Shown in pieces: positions 19,788 through 29,227 of a DNA stretch of 64,000 bases; position 1 is the stretch's first letter, and each line of letters opens with the position of its first letter. The notes beneath the pieces are model-generated. The model had not been told where the DNA came from. It ran no database searches and saw only the letters and a list, made by a program, of their open reading frames with translations. The position numbers and the translations under genes are program-made. Location of the stretch: positions 125,906 through 189,905 of the forward strand of contig JAOPTW010000027.1 in assembly GCA_051532035.1 (NCBI GenBank), read 5' to 3'. This stretch comes from Fibrobacterales bacterium (GTDB taxonomy: Bacteria; Fibrobacterota; Fibrobacteria; Fibrobacterales; JAOPTW01).

Positions 19788-22139
19788 TTAAATCCCTAGT
19801 TTTATGCCAGCATAAAAGCCCAACCACCGATAATGATCATGATCACCGGCTCTAGAGCTTAAATAGAGGTCACCCACTGGAGATATCAGTGGGTCAACAC
19901 CCGGTTCAGTAATAAGGAGATTCAATGAAACCCCTGTAAATAGACTTATATATGGCCCAAATCTCATGCCCAGAGCACTTTTGAGTCTAAAGAGATTATT
20001 AAAATCCTCCCATCTCATTGAGTCTTCTTCTTCTTCTGGGGGATTAAAAATAGCGTTCCAACCAAACTCAGTCTCACTATAGTAGCTTCCAAAGTCATGA
20101 CGATACCCATACCCTATCCCCAGTAGTACAATACTCTCTTCTGAAATTATTTTTTCAGCAGCAGTAAAAGTAGTATATAGTCTTTTGCCTCCGGTAGCGA
20201 TGGTAAAAAGCTCCAACCCTGTCTCATCAACCCATAGGTTTCCATTGAGTCGCCCATTACTTGAATAATTGAGCAAGCCAATGGGATAATCACAGGAGTC
20301 TGAAATATTGATAATGCCAAGTTGTATTCCCCCTACATCACCTGCAATATTAAGAAACGATGTAATCTGATGATCCGAAATATCATCTGCAACATTTATA
20401 GCACCTGCAACCTGAGATCCCTCGACCTTATCTGATACATTCATAAACCCTGCGGCCTGAAAACCCTCAACCTCATCCGAAACATTCATAAATCCCGCGG
20501 CCTGAAAGCCTTCAACCGCATCTGATACATTCATAAACCCTGCAGCCTGAAACCCTTGAATAGGCTTAGAAACATTGATAAAGCCTGCAGCCTGAAAGCC
20601 ACTTATTGAATCAGATATATTGATGAACCCACTTCCCTGAAAACCAACAACGGTATCAGCGCTATTAATAAAACCCGAAAATTGAAATCCATCAAGATTC
20701 TCAGCGACATTGACATAACCCGCCGCCTGAAAACCAGATACTTTTTTTGCAAAATTAACAGCACCAGCCCCTTGAAAGAACTCAATGTCATCGGCAACAT
20801 TAAATATACCACTAACCTGAACACCACCAATATATCCTTTATTGATACTACCAATGGCGGCTATTGAAGATTCAGAAATCCCCCCATGGGTTTCGGTAAC
20901 GCCAAAGTTTATTATGGTCCCATTAAAAGGTTCATCATACCTTTTATGTAAAAAGACGGTCTCAGTCTTTCTTTCACCTAAAAATTGAGGTACAGAATCT
21001 CTTTTGTCATGTATTATAACGGTATCATGAGTTACAATTGTATCAACAACTGAGAGGTTCATCACTTCATCATCATCTGAGAGTGTTACTGTATCGCCTC
21101 TACTCACTGTTTGCTCTTTGTTAACCGTTATAAAGTCCCTACCATTAACCACAATCCGTTTTTTATAAGGGATCACCACACTACTTTTCTTAAAGCGGTT
21201 ATGCGCTTCTAGGCCGATACTATACTCACCAGGTTCAAGTCCAAGCTCAATACTCCGCCCCCCCTGTTTACTCAGTTCTGCAATAAGGTACCCTTCACTA
21301 TTGCGCACAAAAAGTCGCCCCGCAATGTTTTCTCCCAAGAGTAACCCTGATGAAATCTCACGCACGTCGGTAAAAACAACATCGCCAGTACCGGTTAATT
21401 TCATATCATAATTTGCATGCTGCGCTCCACCACTTGTTTTCTCTGTATTCAACAGTGTCTCATTAAATGCAAATTGATAGGCTTCACTCAAGGTCACCTT
21501 CTTATCACCACTAATATCCGCAGCCCCTCTAAGCCCTGTCACAAGATAATGGGTAAAAAAGGAACCACTAATTCTATCAGACTCCTGAGAGACCTCATCC
21601 CCTGCACTAGAAGTAATAAAGGCATAGCCTTTCATGTCTGATGACTCATCAACGAGGAATGCCTTTCGTCGAAGACCCCCTTTAAAACGAGTAATAGTGC
21701 CTGAAGCACACGCATCAAGTACTGCAATTTTAACATCTGAACGCATCTCATTAATCTTAGACCGGAGCTCTTTATAGCCCAACAACTCTTCACCGAGCAG
21801 CAGCCCTTTGGCATTGGCGTGCCCCGAATAATAAAGGATGAGTTCACTTTTTTGTCCAGCCCCCTTCACCCTATCAATCTGACTATTAATTGAATCAAGT
21901 ATCAACATAAATTCATTACGCGTCGGCTCTTTAATAATATGTTGATCACTTTTGAGTACTCCACCCATCTGCTCCATAACACTTAAAAATGAAACAGCAT
22001 CAGTTGTCGCATACCGAAGTGGCACGCGACCCTCGCCTCCAAAGTTTGATCCAAAGGCAACAGCAAAACGGCGAATCTCTTTCGATTCACCGATTGTAAC
22101 GAGTAATAGCAATAGTATAATACCGAGTGCTTTATTCAT
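19788..22139 (-). CDS. exported caspase-family (C14) protease with 15-aa repeat stalk and C-terminal beta-barrel-like domain
   Basis: Signal peptide; YYSGHA (His) and LDACASG (Cys) dyad; SQESDRISGSFFTHYL; GFQAAGFxNV repeats; C-terminal amphipathic strands. Confidence 0.85.
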   Translation of the reverse strand: MNKALGIILLLLLVTIGESKEIRRFAVAFGSNFGGEGRVPLRYATTDAVSFLSVMEQMGGVLKSDQHIIKEPTRNEFMLILDSINSQIDRVKGAGQKSELILYYSGHANAKGLLLGEELLGYKELRSKINEMRSDVKIAVLDACASGTITRFKGGLRRKAFLVDESSDMKGYAFITSSAGDEVSQESDRISGSFFTHYLVTGLRGAADISGDKKVTLSEAYQFAFNETLLNTEKTSGGAQHANYDMKLTGTGDVVFTDVREISSGLLLGENIAGRLFVRNSEGYLIAELSKQGGRSIELGLEPGEYSIGLEAHNRFKKSSVVIPYKKRIVVNGRDFITVNKEQTVSRGDTVTLSDDDEVMNLSVVDTIVTHDTVIIHDKRDSVPQFLGERKTETVFLHKRYDEPFNGTIINFGVTETHGGISESSIAAIGSINKGYIGGVQVSGIFNVADDIEFFQGAGAVNFAKKVSGFQAAGYVNVAENLDGFQFSGFINSADTVVGFQGSGFINISDSISGFQAAGFINVSKPIQGFQAAGFMNVSDAVEGFQAAGFMNVSDEVEGFQAAGFMNVSDKVEGSQVAGAINVADDISDHQITSFLNIAGDVGGIQLGIINISDSCDYPIGLLNYSSNGRLNGNLWVDETGLELFTIATGGKRLYTTFTAAEKIISEESIVLLGIGYGYRHDFGSYYSETEFGWNAIFNPPEEEEDSMRWEDFNNLFRLKSALGMRFGPYISLFTGVSLNLLITEPGVDPLISPVGDLYLSSRAGDHDHYRWLGFYAGIKLGI
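20340..20850 (-). repeat. 45-nt (15-aa) tandem repeats inside the caspase gene, LA_2272-like
   Basis: Repeated VEGFQAAGFMNVSDx units, near-identical at the DNA level around 20420-20600; boundaries approximate. Confidence 0.85.
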
Positions 22140-22944
22140 TACCTTCACCCTTTATTATTGTCGTGGTGTATTGAAAAAACCGCTTATCAAGTTTTAAAAA
22201 CCCATTCTCAGGCGGTGGCGCAACTCCTTTTTCAAGTGCCTTTTGCACCAAAGAAACCTTAAATGCCTCTTTGGCAGTAATAAAATAGAACCGTTCATAC
22301 CGTGGGGCATCGTCAAGTTCATACGAAAAGGGCAATGAAGTTTTGGTATTCAGTGTCAGTGACACGGCATCACTCCCCTCTGTTGGTAGGTGCATTGTAA
22401 CAACACCATTTCCATCAACGGAGGCTATGACACCATACTGTCGATCTTTGGAGAGATAATGCAGTTGAATCAGATCCCCCTGAGTCGCACTCCCTCCATC
22501 TTCTATATAGACAGTAGCATCATTACTTTTTTTATAGAGCTCTAAATAAGGACCCAGTCCTTTGGTCCGAAGGCCATCATTACCAGCATTAAAATATACT
22601 ACAACCACCGCAACCAAAACGACCATAGACAGGGTCGAGAATAGTTTCGTTATTCCACCACCAGTTGACGCTGCCAATTCAGACGCATCATTTTCTTCCA
22701 TAGCCGAGTCATCAGACATCTTAACCGATTCAATTCCCGATTTCAGTTTAACCTGTCGAAGCACCCACTCTGGAGAATACTCTTCTGCTATCGAAACATC
22801 TGACTCTAATATCTCTGCCAGATGCGCACTCAAAACGGTATCATACTCAAGTCGATCAGTAATCGTCCGTATCTCTGATTCAGGAAGTTCACCCAACACA
22901 TACCGTTCAAGCTTCCAATGTGGCACTATTTCTTCTCTTTTCAT
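22132..22944 (-). CDS. membrane anti-sigma-like protein with DUF4384-like extracytoplasmic domain
   Basis: N-terminal WKLERYVLGEL anti-sigma-like helix bundle, single TM, LRTKG, GDLIQL.Y, SVDGNGVVT.H, LPFSYELDDAP.YERF. Confidence 0.75.
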   Translation of the reverse strand: MKREEIVPHWKLERYVLGELPESEIRTITDRLEYDTVLSAHLAEILESDVSIAEEYSPEWVLRQVKLKSGIESVKMSDDSAMEENDASELAASTGGGITKLFSTLSMVVLVAVVVVYFNAGNDGLRTKGLGPYLELYKKSNDATVYIEDGGSATQGDLIQLHYLSKDRQYGVIASVDGNGVVTMHLPTEGSDAVSLTLNTKTSLPFSYELDDAPRYERFYFITAKEAFKVSLVQKALEKGVAPPPENGFLKLDKRFFQYTTTIIKGEGNE

Positions 22945-23432
22945 ACGAGTACCTCCCGTAGCTCACTCACGCTCTCTTTAAGGAGGCGCAAACGCTTGCG
23001 TACCCCCGAGACCGACATTTTCACCTCACCCGCAACCTCTTCGAGGGTCATACCATCAACATAATGCAGTACCGCAATCGTTCGTGTTGACTCGGGGCTC
23101 CTCTGAAAGATTTTATCAAGAAGTGATCGTTGTTCCAAAATTTTTTCATCATCAACACAGGCTATCATCTCGACAATTTCATCACCAATAGCTTCGGGTC
23201 TTTTTTTGTTATCACGGATTCTATTTAAACAAAGGTTTGTCGCTATGCGATATAGCAGACTTGAGGGGAACTCAATAGATAGGTCTTCCCTTTTTCGAAT
23301 AACTTGTACAAATACATTCTGCATAATGTCCATTGCCTCGTGCTCATCTTTGAGCAATTGTTGACACCGGCGCAACACCATTGCCCCATATCGCTTATAC
23401 AGCGCCTCTATATCAACTCTTTGTTCACTCAT
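22941..23432 (-). CDS. ECF RNA polymerase sigma factor
   Basis: LYKRYG.MVLRRC, EAMDIMQNVF, LYRIATNLCLN (region 2); GMTLEEVA...SVSGVRKRL (region 4). Confidence 0.92.
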   Translation of the reverse strand: MSEQRVDIEALYKRYGAMVLRRCQQLLKDEHEAMDIMQNVFVQVIRKREDLSIEFPSSLLYRIATNLCLNRIRDNKKRPEAIGDEIVEMIACVDDEKILEQRSLLDKIFQRSPESTRTIAVLHYVDGMTLEEVAGEVKMSVSGVRKRLRLLKESVSELREVLV

Positions 23433-23440
23433 TCTATCCT

Positions 23441-23470
23441 TTAGACACGGCTATTCTGCAGAAGTGTTAC
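23441..23470 (-). promoter_or_regulatory. candidate ECF-dependent promoter (GTAAC-N16-CGTGTCTAA)
   Basis: AAC...CGT spacing typical of ECF promoters, immediately upstream of the ECF sigma gene. Confidence 0.45.
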
Positions 23471-23749
23471 TCAATTCGAATAAAAATGCAAAAATAGGAA
23501 TTTTATGATACATACCGAAGTATAACGGCTTTTATGAGTGAGAAAGCAGCTCAGTTGATTAAGTCCCCCCATTACAATATCAAACATTCGCATCCCATTA
23601 TTAAAAACTGCTCTCAACACCTTCCTATTCACCAGAATAAAGAGTTACCTTTGAGGTATACTCACGATTACATATTGGCCTTCTTTATCCATCTACATGT
23701 TTAGTAGATTGTAAAGCCAGACCATATACCCCTAACACCGGGACTCACT

Positions 23750-24562
23750 ATGAATACGAAAGAAGCAGAAGGCATCTATAATAAAATTTGGAAAAAACTC
23801 CAAAAGGATGCAATTCACCACATTGATAATGACCCCTTTCTAGGAGGGATGCTCCATACCCGTATTTTGACACAAAAAACTCTCGGCGACTCTCTCTCTC
23901 AGGTACTTGCCGCACAACTGGGTGACCACAACCTCCCCACTTTGCAACTACAAAACCTTTTTAACGACGTCTACTCGACACACAAAAAAGTGCTCTATGC
24001 CGCAGCCTATGATATGCAAGCAGTTGTACAACGTGATCCCGCGTGTAATACTCCTTTAGAGCCGCTTCTCCTTTTTAAAGGATTTCAGGCACTCCAAGCC
24101 TACCGAGCGGCAAATATTTTATGGAAAAATGGCCGTACGTTACTTGCCCAAATATTACAATCATCAATTTCGCGCGCCTTTGGCGTTGATATTCACCCTG
24201 CTGCAACGATTGGGTATGGTATACTTATTGACCACGCCACAAATATTGTCATTGGTGAAACAGCTAAAGTAGGCGACAACGTCTCGATACTCCATGGAGT
24301 GACTCTAGGTGGTACGGGTAAAGATAGTGGCGATCGCCATCCTAAAATAGGTGATGGTGTTTTGATCTCTGCGCACGCCCAACTTCTCGGAAATATCAAA
24401 GTTGGCAAAAATGCAAAAATAGGAGCCGGTGCCGTGGTTCTCGGCAACGTCCCTGCCCACACAACCTACGCTGGCATACCCGCAAAAAGAATTGGCGTTC
24501 CAAATTGCGAAGTCCCTTCAATGAACATGAGTCATGACCTTAACGATTATGCAGGGCTCTAA
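23750..24562 (+). CDS. cysE: serine O-acetyltransferase
   Basis: RDPAC, FKGFQALQAYR, VDIHPAATIG, GVTLGGTGKDSGDRHPKIG. Confidence 0.95.
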   Translation: MNTKEAEGIYNKIWKKLQKDAIHHIDNDPFLGGMLHTRILTQKTLGDSLSQVLAAQLGDHNLPTLQLQNLFNDVYSTHKKVLYAAAYDMQAVVQRDPACNTPLEPLLLFKGFQALQAYRAANILWKNGRTLLAQILQSSISRAFGVDIHPAATIGYGILIDHATNIVIGETAKVGDNVSILHGVTLGGTGKDSGDRHPKIGDGVLISAHAQLLGNIKVGKNAKIGAGAVVLGNVPAHTTYAGIPAKRIGVPNCEVPSMNMSHDLNDYAGL

Positions 24563-25677
24563 TGTTTTTGGGCGATAAAAAATATTCACTCGATGCTATC
24601 TTTAGGATGCTTATTGGCCTTGCCCTATTTGGTGCAGGGCTCTGGCTCCTAAACTATTTAAGTGATGTGCTTATCCCCTTTGCCATAGCTTTTCTCCTTG
24701 CTTATATCATAAATCCTATGGTTATTAAGGTACAACAGAAAGTAAACCATAGAGGTGCCGCAGTCTTTATTGTCCTCACAGGCCTTACGGTTATCATTAC
24801 TGGCGTTACCATAGTAGTCATTCCTATATTAGCTCACGAAGTACACCAGGCATCAATGCTTATTACACGCCTCGTCCACGACTCTGAGATGACACAAAAA
24901 GTTGTGAGCATCATTCCTCCCGAAATATGGAATACTATCCAAGAGCCTTTTAAAAGTGGCGATCTCTCGACAATCCTTAAAAATCGCGACTATCTGAAAG
25001 GAACTCAAGAGGTGTTGAAGCGGGTTCTCCCTGGAGCACTGGGCCTTATGGCGGGAACAGCACAGATCCTCATGGGTATTACCGGCCTCTTTATCATTAT
25101 ACTCTACCTCGTATTTTTACTCAAAGATTTTAAAAAATCAAAAGAGGAGTGGACCACACTTCTCCCCAACCGCTACCGTGCGCCTTTCCTCAGTTTTGTA
25201 CACGACCTCGACGACGCCATGGGCACCTATTTCAGAGCCCAGTCCCATGTTGCAACACTTGTAGGCATTCTCTTTGCCCTCTGTTTCTGGATCATCGACC
25301 TTCCCATGGGTATTCTTTTGGGCCTTGTCATTGGCCTTCTTAATATGGTTCCCTATTTACAACTCATTGCCATTATCCCCGCAGTATTCCTCGCCTTTGC
25401 TGGAGCAATTGAAAGTGGTACGAGTCCTTACTTATCCATTGGCCTCACCTTACTCGTCTTTGCTGTTATTCAAGTCATACAAGATGCTATTATCACCCCG
25501 CGTATTATGGGGAAAGTGACCGGGCTTAGCCCAGCCATGATCCTTCTCTCCATTTCAGTGTGGGGTAAACTTCTGGGACTTTTAGGTCTAATCATTGCAA
25601 TTCCTGCAAGTTGCCTGTTGTTAGCATCCTATAAGCGCCTTCTCAGTAATGAACAAAGCACCGACCAAAGTAACTAA
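24562..25677 (+). CDS. AI-2E family transporter
   Basis: PFAIAFLLAYIINP, LLNMVPYL, ITPRIMGKVTGLSP. Confidence 0.9.
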   Translation: MFLGDKKYSLDAIFRMLIGLALFGAGLWLLNYLSDVLIPFAIAFLLAYIINPMVIKVQQKVNHRGAAVFIVLTGLTVIITGVTIVVIPILAHEVHQASMLITRLVHDSEMTQKVVSIIPPEIWNTIQEPFKSGDLSTILKNRDYLKGTQEVLKRVLPGALGLMAGTAQILMGITGLFIIILYLVFLLKDFKKSKEEWTTLLPNRYRAPFLSFVHDLDDAMGTYFRAQSHVATLVGILFALCFWIIDLPMGILLGLVIGLLNMVPYLQLIAIIPAVFLAFAGAIESGTSPYLSIGLTLLVFAVIQVIQDAIITPRIMGKVTGLSPAMILLSISVWGKLLGLLGLIIAIPASCLLLASYKRLLSNEQSTDQSN

Positions 25678-25753
25678 CGCACAACCTCAAATTCTATTTC
25701 CCCCCTCTTTTGCTACTTTTGTGGTATAATTATTTAAAACCTTTGGACATACT

Positions 25754-26248
25754 ATGGATATTGAAGTTGTTGCACTCTGTGATGCCGCCACCGAACAAGC
25801 GGGCAAGCTAAATATATTGGGTGCCTTTGATAGTATTCAATCACCTCAATTTCCCTTCGTGCATCCACAGTGCGCTTTTGTCTGTCGTATTAGATTTAAT
25901 AGAATAGAACAAGGTGAGCATTCATTTAAACTTGACTTTGTCGATCAAGATGGAAAGTCACTTGTACCGCCCCTCGAAGCAAAGATCAATTTAAATTTCC
26001 CCAAAGGCGCAGACTCACAAGTCTCAAATATGATACTCAACATGCAGGGTCTTAAATTTGCAAAACCCGGAAAATACCTCTTCGAACTCGCGATCAATAA
26101 TCGCCAAGAAGCATCACTCCCTCTCCATATAAAGAAAATTGATCTCCCCAAAAGAGCACAGCGCCCTCAACAGGCCGAAGACAACTCTCTCTTTGGTGAT
26201 GATCCAGAAATCCCAGGACACCCAGAAAGCCCTGACGATTTAAGTTAA
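25754..26248 (+). CDS. DUF6941-like hypothetical protein
   Basis: LCDAAT...GKLNILGAFD...FP..HP; F.KPGKY.F. Confidence 0.65.
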   Translation: MDIEVVALCDAATEQAGKLNILGAFDSIQSPQFPFVHPQCAFVCRIRFNRIEQGEHSFKLDFVDQDGKSLVPPLEAKINLNFPKGADSQVSNMILNMQGLKFAKPGKYLFELAINNRQEASLPLHIKKIDLPKRAQRPQQAEDNSLFGDDPEIPGHPESPDDLS

Positions 26249-27111
26249 TACATAATTAACCCTAGTCGAAAGAGATGTAGCCGTTCTCGTGAATCATAAT
26301 AGCCTGAACGGCATCCATAGCTATAGCCACTATACAACGAAAGTAGCTTAACTTCCTTACGATAATAAGTGATACCCGTTCGGAAAGCAATGCGATATTG
26401 TTCTGCTATAACAGGGTATGCTCTTTTCTCAAGGCCACCTTCAACAGCTATTGATTCCACCACCTTTTTTGACCCTTCTGCTATATAATCAAATGTGCCG
26501 GCTCCGAAAAAACTCAGGGACCTATACATTTTTATCTGCCAATGCACACCGCTCTTCACACCAAATGAGATGTCCTTGTGCAACCCCGGTAGCTCTGGGG
26601 TATTTTTTGAATAAAAATACCCCAACCCACTTCCATGCCACTGTAAGCCTTGTGATGATACAATATTCATTTGAAGAGATAGTGCATTGAGGTTACTTTG
26701 CCGATAGGTGCCATCATATATTTGATAAGAAGGATCCGAAATATCCTCTTGAATACCCATAGTTGCATGAGCACTTTGATGTACCCCATAGACTCCTATA
26801 AAGCTTTTATACTCGCCGAACTCAGGCCCCACCAAAACAGAATCAAATCCTACCACTAGATTTCCACGCCAACAATGATTCGGTAAAATACTTTGATTGA
26901 AATGAGTATCATTACGAGCCTCTATCATACCACCAATGGTAACCTGAGATAGGTTTATTTTTTTAGCCAGAGAAACCCCTAACCCTTTTTCATAAAAGAG
27001 TGATGTCTCTAATACTCCAACAGCCCCAACCGCCGATAGTTGTTGAGGCTGGGCCCAGCCATACACCACACAACACACAATGATATTTACAAGTAATACA
27101 AGTTGATTCAT
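26245..27111 (-). CDS. hypothetical exported, probably outer-membrane, protein
   Basis: Signal peptide, amphipathic strands, C-terminal aromatic residue. Confidence 0.5.
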   Translation of the reverse strand: MNQLVLLVNIIVCCVVYGWAQPQQLSAVGAVGVLETSLFYEKGLGVSLAKKINLSQVTIGGMIEARNDTHFNQSILPNHCWRGNLVVGFDSVLVGPEFGEYKSFIGVYGVHQSAHATMGIQEDISDPSYQIYDGTYRQSNLNALSLQMNIVSSQGLQWHGSGLGYFYSKNTPELPGLHKDISFGVKSGVHWQIKMYRSLSFFGAGTFDYIAEGSKKVVESIAVEGGLEKRAYPVIAEQYRIAFRTGITYYRKEVKLLSLYSGYSYGCRSGYYDSRERLHLFRLGLIMY

Positions 27112-27124
27112 ACGCTATAGATAC

Positions 27125-27155
27125 AAAAAAAGCCACCCAATAATGGGTGGCTTTT
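27125..27155 (-). terminator. intrinsic terminator of the HU gene
   Basis: agccaccca-ataa-tgggtggct stem flanked by A and T runs. Confidence 0.85.
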
Positions 27156-27176
27156 ACATAACATTTTTAAAAAATA

Positions 27177-27479
27177 TTATTTTTTCTTAGGTCTTGCTTT
27201 AGTAGCAACTTCTTTAAGATTTGAAGAAGGTTTGAAACCTACAGATTTAGAAGCTTTAATTTTGATCTCTTCACCTGTTGCTGGGTTACGACCTTTACGC
27301 GCAGAACGAGATTTAATAGAGAATGTACCGAAACCGATAAGCTGAACCATTCCGTCTTTTTTGATACCTTGCTCGATTGAACCGAGAACTGCTTTAAGTG
27401 CTCTTTCAGCAGCAGCTTTTGATTCAAAGTTTGCATCTTTATCTTTTTGAATGAGTTCAACTAATTCTTGCTTATTCAT
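27177..27479 (-). CDS. hup: HU family DNA-binding protein
   Basis: MNKQELV, VQLIGFGTF, ARKGRNPATGEEIKI, FKPS. Confidence 0.95.
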   Translation of the reverse strand: MNKQELVELIQKDKDANFESKAAAERALKAVLGSIEQGIKKDGMVQLIGFGTFSIKSRSARKGRNPATGEEIKIKASKSVGFKPSSNLKEVATKARPKKK

Positions 27480-27561
27480 TAATACTCCTAGTTGTATATA
27501 TATTTGATAGGGATTACCTAAGTCAAAGGTATTATTTTTTATTGCAGTGGCAATAAAAAAA

Positions 27562-28500
27562 TTAGTTTGTTCTATTTTTTTTATCGAGCTCTAACAGCTG
27601 TAGATACAGCGCTTGAGTCCGACCCATTACAACACCCTTCTCTAAGCCCTTATTTATAGGGTACTTATAGATGAAATCAAGTTCCATTGCCCGTCCATTC
27701 TGATAGTCGAGCATCATACTTGGTTTATAGGGCTTCATGACGTCAGTCTGAGAAATCATGGTATCAATAAATGTAGGTTCAATGAACACGTCCTGAGAAC
27801 CAGCTGCAGCAACGGTTTCGTGCATTATACTCTCGGCCCACTTTCGTGATTCAGCCGTATCCATCATGGTTCGGGTATCTCCAAAGAGAACCGACAACCC
27901 ATTAAAGGGCATATTCCAGACAAGCTTTTTCCAGCGGGCTAAGCGTAAGTCATCACTTGCGGTTACCTCAATACTGGCGCTTTTAAAGTTTTCAACGATG
28001 GCTAAAAACCGATTACTGGGCTCGCTGAGTGGAGACGTTGTATAATATTCTCCCAGCATAACCCCACCATAATCAAGATGATGTATATGGCCTGGTCCAA
28101 TTTTATTCGAACAGATAAAGCAGAGTCCACCCATTATATGCGCCCTCGGAATATACTGAGCGATCTCCTCTTCACCTCCAAGGCCATTTTGCATAAGGAC
28201 AATTGTTTGCTCAGGATGATACAAACGAGGGAGTATCTCTTTAAGGAGGTAATTCTGGGTAGCTTTAAGTGCAACAAGTAATACATCAACTTTTGGTAAT
28301 GCATCAAATGAATCATAGCATTGAGCAGGCAATATATGCATATCGCCATCAATAGAGTCAACCCGCAACCCTTGTGAAACTACTTCTTTATAATCGCTAT
28401 GTAACAGAAAATGCACATCAAAACCGGCATGGGCAAGCTTGCCACCATAGTAGCCACCAACCGCCCCGGTTCCAATTACTGCATAAGTGAGTGAAGGCAT
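27562..28500 (-). CDS. panE: 2-dehydropantoate 2-reductase family (PanE/ApbA)
   Basis: IGTGAVGGYYG, QNGLG, WKKLVWNMPFN, KPSMMLD, MELD. Confidence 0.85.
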   Translation of the reverse strand: MPSLTYAVIGTGAVGGYYGGKLAHAGFDVHFLLHSDYKEVVSQGLRVDSIDGDMHILPAQCYDSFDALPKVDVLLVALKATQNYLLKEILPRLYHPEQTIVLMQNGLGGEEEIAQYIPRAHIMGGLCFICSNKIGPGHIHHLDYGGVMLGEYYTTSPLSEPSNRFLAIVENFKSASIEVTASDDLRLARWKKLVWNMPFNGLSVLFGDTRTMMDTAESRKWAESIMHETVAAAGSQDVFIEPTFIDTMISQTDVMKPYKPSMMLDYQNGRAMELDFIYKYPINKGLEKGVVMGRTQALYLQLLELDKKNRTN

Positions 28501-28521
28501 ACCTTTACTCGATAGTGTGGT

Positions 28522-29010
28522 TTATTTACCACAACACTTTTTGAATTTTTTTCCACTTCCACATGGACAAGGGTCATTACGACCGACTCTTTCCTCATCA
28601 CGGACAAAAGTCTCTTGCTTTGCAGATTCTCCATCAAAGAAGTACCATACATCATCAACTTTTTTAAAAGTACTTACTTCACCGTGATTTTGAACTTTAC
28701 CGCGTTGCTTATAACGAGCAAGAAAAGAGACATAGCCAATATCATCAGTAGCTGTACCTTGCTCAGAACCGGTAATTTTGAGATCGATCCACTCAGAGTT
28801 CTGGGCCCAATCTTTAATCTCATTTTCGTTGAATTCACTCTTTTTCTCTGGGTGAATTGTTTTCATAATATACTTCACATCTGCTTTTGTAAAAGCAGTA
28901 TAGCGAGAACGAAGAAGTGCTTCAGGTGTTGGAGCTTCTTTTTCCAGAGTAATATATGGTTCGCAACATGCTGTATATTCGAGTTCAGATCCACATGGGC
29001 AGAGTGACAT
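28522..29010 (-). CDS. ychJ: YchJ family SEC-C protein
   Basis: CPCGS...[12 protein letters not shown]-terminal [18 protein letters not shown]. Confidence 0.9.
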   Translation of the reverse strand: MSLCPCGSELEYTACCEPYITLEKEAPTPEALLRSRYTAFTKADVKYIMKTIHPEKKSEFNENEIKDWAQNSEWIDLKITGSEQGTATDDIGYVSFLARYKQRGKVQNHGEVSTFKKVDDVWYFFDGESAKQETFVRDEERVGRNDPCPCGSGKKFKKCCGK

Positions 29011-29140
29011 GAGAGTACCTTCTTAAGATGTTTGAGTGGAGTAAAAATAATAATTAGTGCTCTTTAAACGCAAGTATTGTAGTGAAAAACCACTCCAAAA
29101 GGCCATATTTATAAGGTATCAGCAATCATAAAGGCACAAT

Positions 29141-29171
29141 AATTCAGAATTCTGAATTCTGAATTCTGAAT
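29141..29171. repeat. heptamer tandem repeat (AATTCWG)x4
   Basis: aattcag aattctg aattctg aattctg aat. Confidence 0.85.
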
Positions 29172-29227
29172 GAGTCTCAATTTGCTACATTTTAGATCTG
29201 AGCCTCTTATTCAGTGCAGTAACTACT

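Noticed and set aside
20340..20850. Tandem repeats as a possible CRISPR array
   Set aside because: In-frame 45-nt coding repeats with no unique spacers and no cas genes
22562..22981. 139-aa plus-strand ORF
   Set aside because: Antisense to the anti-sigma gene, no RBS or motif
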